From Leucoraja erinacea (lineage: Eukaryota), in contig NC_073381.1 of the NCBI RefSeq assembly GCF_028641065.1, positions 16,058,001 to 16,122,000 on the forward strand: a DNA stretch of 64,000 nt, read 5' to 3'. The notes beneath the pieces were generated by a model. That model saw nothing but the letters and a program-made list of their open reading frames with translations. It did no database searches and was not told where the DNA came from. Below, one piece after another: positions 39,004 to 48,000 of this stretch (position 1 is its first letter; each line of letters starts with the position of its first letter). A program made the position numbers and the translations under genes.

Positions 39004-42000
39004 TCTCCTCGCAAGCATAAATAGGAAAACAAAAACTTTTCCTTTGTTGTGACATAGGGAATCCAACATGCTTCTTAGTAGGTACACAAAAATGCTGGAG
39101 AAACTCAGCGGGTGCAGCAGCATCTATGGAGCGAAGGAAATAGGCAACGTTTCGGGCCAAAACCCTTCTTCAGACTAATGGGGGGTGGCGAGGAGAATGC
39201 TTCTTTGTAGATTCTTTCTGACTAGACTTAACCCCTGGAGTAGTAATCAATTCCACCAGCTTTGCAAGTGAAGCTACAACTGTTTACAAACACTGTTATA
39301 TATTAAAACTAAAGTTGCTGTGACTAATTTTCTTTTTCTTCATGTTCCCTTCCATGACTTAGTTCTTCTTGGGAAATCAGGTACAGAACAACATAAATGT
39401 CTGATGTATTTTACCTGTTGTGTTGTGTGCTGTGGGACAGTAACTGCTGCTTTGTGGCGTTCAGCCTCTAAACCAATTGGGGACAGCGGCTTTTCCAACC
39501 TGTTGCCCAGCAGTTTACGTTTTTCAATGTTGGGTGTTTCCACTGTCATTATGCTATGGGTTTGTGCTGCTCATTTATCATTTAATCATTCGCCTCTTCA
39601 AATCGGCTGCTTTAAAGCGAGGTGGGGGTGGAGACATAGAGCTTGCAACTGCAAAAATAAATGCTTGATGCAAAGCCAATCATTACAGTCTGCAAGAGAA
39701 AATCACGAGCAAGATTGTTTGTTAACACCCACAAGTATAAAGTGCTGTTTACATTTCTCGTGTTTTCCTCCCTTGTAGTTTGGCGACTCCCAGCAGTTGC
39801 GGTTAGTCCGCATCCTACGCAGTACAGTGATGGTTCGTGTTGGCGGAGGGTGGATGGCCTTGGATGAGTTTTTGGTGAAAAATGACCCCTGCAGAGGTAG
39901 GTTTTGGTTGGTTCGACCAGCCACCTGCTTGGGCAGCACAAGCTCGCCCTTGTGGTCTAATGTAGAGCCTCTTCATAAGAAGGCACATTCATGTCTGTAC
40001 AAAATGATGATGGATTATTTCTCGATAGAGGTACAAGCAGGCAGCAGTGCATTGAAATGATTGGCATCAATGAGTTGGAGCGATGTATAGTGTCGGCAAC
40101 TCCCGACAGGATGTATCCCTGCAGATTTCAACTCGTGGTCCACTCGTCTCACTCCCAAAGCTTAACCATTGATTACCCAGTGTGTTACATTGTCATGGAA
40201 CAACACATTCTCTAGCTGAAGCAAACAGATTCCTGCTTCCCCCATTGAATGATACATGGCTCTCGGGCAAATTGACAGTTTTCCTATCTCGTTCGTTTTT
40301 CAAATTTAAACAATCAAAGAAAAAAAAGGGTGCAGTGTGGCGTCAGCCTAAACACGGGCCACTCATGCTCGAACCCTCGTCAGGAGATACGAGGGCGGGC
40401 GCGTGACGTCATGGGCTAGGGGGAGTGTAAGGGGAAGGCTAGGGCTAGGGGGAATCTGAATCTGAGTGTCCTGGTACTTAAGGTTATCTCACCTTGAGGA
40501 GTCAACCTGTAGCTGAGCCCGAGAGAACAACCTCGCTCAGCTACAGCAACAACGTAATATAGTTAGCGCACCAACCTAACGTGCCACCACTGAATAAACG
40601 ACTCCTTGAACCGGCCTGACGTCTCCCCTTTATTCACCACGTTTGGTGCCGCTACAGCAGCATATTACTTTTTAGGCCTTGCAGTCTTGTTCTTCCAGCA
40701 ATTCTGTGGAGATTCTGCAATTCGGTCTCATTTTCAAGAGACGATGTGTGAAAATAAATCATAGTCAACAAAGGATCTTTCATGGGGATTGTATCTGTGT
40801 GAAATGCATTAAGGTATTAGCGGATCCTACCGTTGCGATTTAACAACCGATCAACATCGTAAATCTAAGCTCTGGTACGCAGAATGTCCACCTGCATAAA
40901 ATTGAGAATTAATTACCGTAGTTATAAGCAGATATAAAGCAATAATACTCATGTTGTTTTATTAGCAAAAATTAGAGCTTTGATCGGACATATGACATGA
41001 GTAAGTAAGTAAGTTTATTGGCCAAGTCTTCACATACAATGAATTTGCCTTGGTGCTCCGCCCACAAGTAACAACATGACAATGAGCGTGAAATATTTAT
41101 AGTTTAGATGTTTTGAGAAATTCATATTAGTTCTTCAAATGATTTATCTGTTTTATCTGCTCTGTGCTTGGTCCTATTTCCTACTAAAAGTTTCTCCTCT
41201 TTTTCTATTAATGTGTTGCAATCCCTTTATCATTTCTTCCAGTTCATCATCATGGAAGTAAAATGTTGCATTCGGAATCAAACTCTTCAATTACCAGTCA
41301 GTCTCCTATAGGTTGGCAAACCTCCTGTCTCTTTTCCTTCACCATTGTGCTTTCCTACTCTGTATGGCTTAACCCTCCTCGTGGCTTCCAGCAGGCTTTG
41401 TGCTTTTTTAATTAAAAAAAAGAGAACTGTAATCCAGTGCGCTTTGTTTCTTTTAACCAACTACAAAATGATCACCCACTTTGAAATGCATGTGAAGTTG
41501 CTTATATGACTTTTTTCTTTTACCCGCAGTAATACTCACTGCAAGTAAGTGGTCACCTTGTCTGATATTGTAGCATCCTCCCAAGTGGAATGTATACATC
41601 TGTTCTGCCTGAAAGTGGTGTGCTGTTTTAAGCTTCTGCACAAATATTTTTGGAATGGGGGTTTGCTTTAGTGGGTCCCTGGCCTTCTTTTAAACTGGCT
41701 GCATGAGGTTAATAGACTCCGAACTCTTGCGTAGTTTTTAACATGAAACTGAACTGAAACCTTTAGTACTATCAACATTTTTTTTTTTTTTTTTATCCCC
41801 TTCCATTTAAGTTTTGAAAATTTGCTGGGCTAATTCATCTCGTGTTGCATACGTACACCAGCCTAATTGTTGAGTTGCTGGTATGGATAGGCTTTCAATT
41901 CAGATTTCAGTATTATTCCATCATCTGCTGACTATTTTTTTTAACCGTCCTGTTCATTAACCCCCCCCCCACGACCCCCTTCATACTTTCTCTTGCCATT

Positions 42001-45000
42001 GCAAGTATGCCTTCTGCTTGTGAAGTTGTGGATGATTTACAGCTGATTTTTTTTTTTTTTTTTTTTTCTTCTTCATTCCTTTCTTTCAGCCAAGGGCAGA
42101 ACAAACGTCGAGTTGCGTGAGAAGTTCATTCTTCCCGAAGGCATGAGTCAATCCATGGCTGCCTTCCGGACACGAGGGCGAAGGTCACGGCCGTCATCAA
42201 GGGCAGCTTCACCCAACAGATCAGCATCCAGTGCCAGCCAAAGTGTTTCAGTCCCACCAGTTGTTACAAGTACTCCTCCTAAGGTAGTGTTGAGCGGCAC
42301 AGTTCAATCCTCAGTGTTTCCTGCGATTGATAATGTTACCAATGTAGCTTAGAATGGCGCTGCTCTAACCCAGCAACCAGCTCATTGCTATTGTTCCTAT
42401 TCAGCAGCCTAATGATAGTGCAGTGCCTATCTCCCTAATGTATTGATAATTCATTGCATTTGTATAATACTGTCTTAGCCACTTTAATATTTATTTCAGG
42501 TTTGTTGCTTCAGTTTTTGTGTGAGGTTGGTTATGGAGTATTGACAAAGTGTTTAAGAAGGAACTGCAGACGGTGGAAAATCAAAGGTACACAAAGATGC
42601 TGGAGAAACTCAGCGGGTGCAGCAGCATCTATGGAGCGAAGGAAATAGGCAACGTTTCGGCACGAAACGTTGCCTATTTCCTTCGCTCCATAGATGCTGC
42701 TGCACCCGCTGAGTTTCTCTAGCATCTTTGTGTACCATGGAGTATTGACAAGTGTGCATTTAATATAACACATCACGGGAAGATTAACGCATGCCAGACA
42801 TAGATTGCTTACTAACTTGTAAGGGATTCACATTGTCTTGATCATTGCATTTTTAATTTTACTTTGACCTTATTACACTTCCTTTTCCATGGCATTGTTA
42901 TTTCCTGGTCATATTACTTTATTGTTTCAATTTCCATTCATTTTCAATGTATCCTTGTTTCATACAGACACCCCAACATTTAATCCGCAATTATGATAAA
43001 CCATGGTTGACAAACAGCAAAACATCAAGTGCTTATAAATCACCAGAGTCCCCAGAAGGTCGGGTCCCATCTCCAGAGGTATAGTACGGTGAAGTACTCC
43101 CAGCTTAAGAGACGAGTGTTGGTAGTGGTCAACATATCAAAAGTGCATTTCGTTTATAGACTGGTTAGCTGTCTTGGATAGGTCTTTATTAAAAAGTTTA
43201 TTGTTCAGAAAATTCTCCCAGGGGAAAATTTACCTTCTCCCAAGGAAGAATTTTGGGCTGCTTTTCAGGATTCCGAATGCATTTGTCCCTGTTGTACACA
43301 ATAAATTGAAATTGGAAAATTGAATCACATTTGGAAGTAGTGAATACTAAATACTCTCCTGAATCATTCACAAATTTCTTGTTTCATCTTTTAGAATAAA
43401 AGGGATAAAATTGGTGATCAGAGGCACTTGTACTTTAGTGACAAATCACTGAGATGCCACAATCTTCTATTTTTAGAGATTTGTTGTTGGGAATGTTTTA
43501 AATTGCCCAATTCATTGATCAAAGTTACCAAATAGTTCACTTTATGAACACTTCTTTCGTGCAGTAGGGTGTTTGTTTATTTAACTACTTCAATCTGTAA
43601 ATGAAATTGACTTTTATTACCTATCAGTAATTTGCACAACTCATTGTCTAATAATAGGAGCTGTCAGCATTCCAAAGTCCAAGATCCAGAATATTTAACA
43701 CTGAATCCTGAAAAAGAGCCACTTAATATTTATCTGTAACACTAGAGAGGCTTCCCCCCCCCCCCTCCCAAATCCCTCCAACCCACACTTAATATATCCT
43801 GACCTCTAGAAGCTAACATTCATTTATCTTTCCAGACTATCTCTCTTTTCTAAGATTTTCAGTCTTGCAAAACTAACTCCTCTGTTCATGTCATCCTGTT
43901 TCACTGCACAGATGGAAGGAATCTTGTGACTGTGTTGTTCTTTCCTTTTTTTTTCCATATCTTAAAATCTTCTTCTCCTGTCACCTTGTGCATGATTGAG
44001 TAGTTTCTGTGCATGTAATTCCACGCTGGGTCATGGTACCAGGTTGGTTTCTGAGATCACAGGTTTTGATTATTTTTCTTCTTGGAACTTCTTCTAAAGA
44101 AAAAACTTTATTCTGCTTTGAATACGTGGGGTAAGGATGTAGATTTCTTTAAGTGTTTTTGTAATGCTATGCCACAGTTTTAGAGCCAGCGAAGAAATTG
44201 GCATTAATCCGTTTTGCATTGCGTTAAGCCATATTTTAAAAAAAGGTTGCATTTACTTTGTATCATTGAAGGCATCAAGTGTTTTACAGCCACTGGTTGA
44301 AGTGCTGTTGTCAAGTAGGATACTTGGAGCTAGATTGTAATTATGGCTTCAGAAATATGATGTTGGATCATTGAAGATCAATCGTGATCAAGTAAACCAT
44401 TAACAATTACAGCACTGAAACAGTTGAAAGTGCTGTTGTCAAGTAGCCTGCATACTAACCCTGGAGCTAGATTGTTAATTATGGCTTCAGAAAGCTATTC
44501 CATGCTACCATCTGGATGATCAATCGTGCATCGTTAATATTGAATTGAATGGCTGTGCTAGCTCAAAGGGCCGAATGGCCTACTCCTCCACCTATTTGCT
44601 ATGTTGATTCAGCCTGATTATCTGTTCCTATTACTCTGCAGTATAAATATTGGCAAAGCCACTGTTGATAACACCCTTCCTTTGAAATCATGGCTGCGAA
44701 CTATTTTTCACTTCTCTCTGATGGAACCAAGTCCTGACATAATGTCTTGTGAGAAGGCTTCCAACTCTGACAGGCAACACTTCCTCAGCACTATTGTAAT
44801 CACCCAGATCTTTGCCCAAGTGTGTACAGTGGGACCTGAACCAGCAATCATTTTCCCCAGTGGGGGAGAGTGAGCTTTTTCTAATCTTAACCAAAGTCAC
44901 CACCATAGATCAAGGAAACACCACATGATTCACCTGTACAGTGCATTCAGAAAGAATTCAGACCCCTTCACTTTTTCCACATTTAGCTTATTCTAAAATG

Positions 45001-48000
45001 GATTAAATTCTTTTTTTTTATCATCAATCCACACACAAGTTTTTTGCAAAGCAATTAAAAAGAAATAATTGAAATATCACATTTACATAAGTATTCAGAC
45101 CCTTTACTCAGTACTTTGGTAAGGCACCTTTAGCATCGATTACAGCCTCAAGTCTTCTTGGGCATGACGCTACAAGCTTGGCACACCTGTATTTGGGTCA
45201 TTTCTCCTATTCGTCTCTGCTGATCTTCTCAAGCTCTGTCAGATTTGATGGGGGAGCGTCTATGCACAATTATTTTCAGGTCCCTCCAGAGATGTTTGAT
45301 CAGGTTCAAGTCTGTCTCTGGCTGGGCCAATCAAGGACATTCACAGCCAATTAAACTACAAACCTTTGGAATGTGGGAGCAAACCGGAGCACGTGGCGAA
45401 AACCCAGGCGGTCCCAGGATGAACATACAAACTCCGTACAGACAACACCCGCAGTCAGGATTGAACCCGGGTCTCTGGCGCTGTAAGGCAGCAACTTTAC
45501 CACTACGCCACTGTGCCAGGGGGTCGGGTTCTGACCACCTTGGCTGTATGTTACAGTCCCAGCAACCGATGGCTTTGCTCAGGTACACCCATGGAGTGTG
45601 CTGAAGGATTCTGTGAAACTGACTGAAAATAATAATTCTTTTAGAATGACAGTGATGGAATTTGAGCTTACTAAAACGTGGGGCACCTCTGCCAATTTAG
45701 ATTGCTCCTATAGAGGTTGGGCAAGAAGGAGCTGGGTCTGATGTGCCTTTGTCATGTCCAAACCAAGTGCCCTGGCTGACTTGGCCATGAAATCTTCACA
45801 CGAGTTTAGCACAAATCTGTCACAATTGTGTGGATTGACAGTTAACACAGTTAACGAATAACTACATTATCAAGGTCAGGAGTAACGTATCTGCGAGACA
45901 TAGGTTAGCATATTACCTTCATTAAAATAGCAGTAGCAAACCTGAGGAGTTTCATGTTGCCATTATCTTATAATTGCTGCTTAACTGAATTCAGTTCCCC
46001 TTCTAGATGTGATCTTTAATATCAGCCTCTGGATTAGCTTTTCAGTAACTTCGCTCCTACGCTCCCAATCCTGAAAACGTACAAAACGTTAAGGGCAACA
46101 TAATAATTGAAGCAAAGACGCGTATTAATTTGAAACATAATGAAGGTTGTAATTTGTTGCACGCAACAAAAGCTTTTCACCGGACCTGGTACACGTGACA
46201 ATAAACTAAACTAATCTCCGAATCTGAAACAAAACATGTGAAATGTGCAGAGATAGTTGCACAAAGGGAACGCAAAATTGTTTCTTGCATGTACAGTAAG
46301 CTGTGAATGTGTGTGACAGTGTCGGGGTGCTTGTGCTCACACCGAGATGTCTATTGAGCTCATATTGCCATTGTGAACTATGGTGGATGCGTTCCCATGT
46401 CGGTTAAGCCGTGTTGGTTTTATGTTTCTCAATACATGTGGTTAGCTAACATCTATTAATCATTTTTTTTTTGGTAGAATTTAAGCCTCTATCTCATTTA
46501 TTTCGTGTGGGAGAGTGTTACACATTTCCACTATCATTTATGTAAAGTAGTATTTCCTGGTCTCACTCTGTTTTGAAGAGAATGCTCCCTTGTTCCCATC
46601 AGCAGATAAAAAAAGATTTTTATCAAATACTGCAAGAAGCAAGAAACAAACAAACAGCAAAGAGCGTGAGAATATACAATGAGCTTCATCTGTGGTGCAG
46701 GATCTCTGATTTCCATCCTCCTCAGACACACTCATATTACAGTTGTAGAAGTACGCAGCTATGTTCTCCTGGAGTAGCTTCGTATGGGTGTCGTTAAATT
46801 ATTGATTGTTAATTATCCAGCTGTAAATGTTAATCCTTTGATACTGTGCAGCTGAGAGATGCTCTGAAAAACCTTGAAGCTGGGAATAGGATGGCTTTGT
46901 AGAATGATCAACATTTGAAGAAGTCCTGTCTAGATTTTATCTACCTATCACCAGTAATTAAATATTAACCCAGTTCTCTATGTAATAATCTAGGTAACTC
47001 CCATCCAGGGAAGCAAGTTGCGGCCACCCGGATATCTCTCTGGGAAGAGTTTCCATTCTGGAGATGACAGCAATGTAACATCAACTCCTCCTTCTAGGGG
47101 GAGGTCTCGAGTACCAGGTCAGTGTTCTATGGTGACTGTAATCTCGCTGCTTTCCGTACTTTAAGACCCTGAAGCTTGATCAAGGTTTGTATCAAGGAAA
47201 TAGGATAGATTTTTTTTTTTTTAAGTCTCCCAGGCTTCCTACAGCTGACGGCCATTGTAAAATATACGTGGTTCAGAACAGGATGGTGTCCAGCTAAAAT
47301 AAAAACTCAGTGTTGGAAGTACTAAAGAAGTCGGGCAACATTTGTGAGAGAGAAACAGACTTTTCAGTGATGACCTATCACTACAATGGGTTGCGAGCAA
47401 ATTCAGAAGCCGGAAAGATTGGGAGGTGCGGAAGGAACACAAGGGAAGAGAGATGAGTGAGATTAAATGGTAAAGGAGATAACTGATCGCAGTGAGATAT
47501 GGGCCTGCCCATTGCCCAGTATTGAATCACTGGCCGACTGCAGTGCATGCATGGCAGCCCGTTACATGCGTCCTGCACCTGCGCAGCAAAGTTTGGCCAT
47601 TCACTTGGCCCCCTGCACTCTCCGTAGGGACATTTAGTAAGTGACTGAGCCTAGGAAGTGGACACACTCTCTGCCTGGCAGCTCCCACCACTGCAGCCCT
47701 GTTCATAGAAACATAGAAAATAGGTGCAGGAGTAGGCCCTTCGAGCCTGCACCGCCATTCAATATGATCATGGCTGATCATCCAACTCAGTATCCTGTAC
47801 CTGCCTTCTCTCCATACCCCCTGATCCCTTTAGCCACAAGGGCCACATCTAACTCCCTCTTAAATATAGCCAATGAACTGGCCTCGACTACGTTCTGTGG
47901 CAGAGAGTTGCAGAGATTCACCAATCTCTGTGTGAAAAATGTTTTTCTCATCTCGATCCTAAAAGATTTCCCCCTTATCCTTAAACTGTGACCCCCCAAC

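Noticed and set aside
41985-42010. Pyrimidine tract followed by gcaa|gtatgc as another microexon
   Set aside because: No suitable upstream AG defining an exon; AAG acceptor weak
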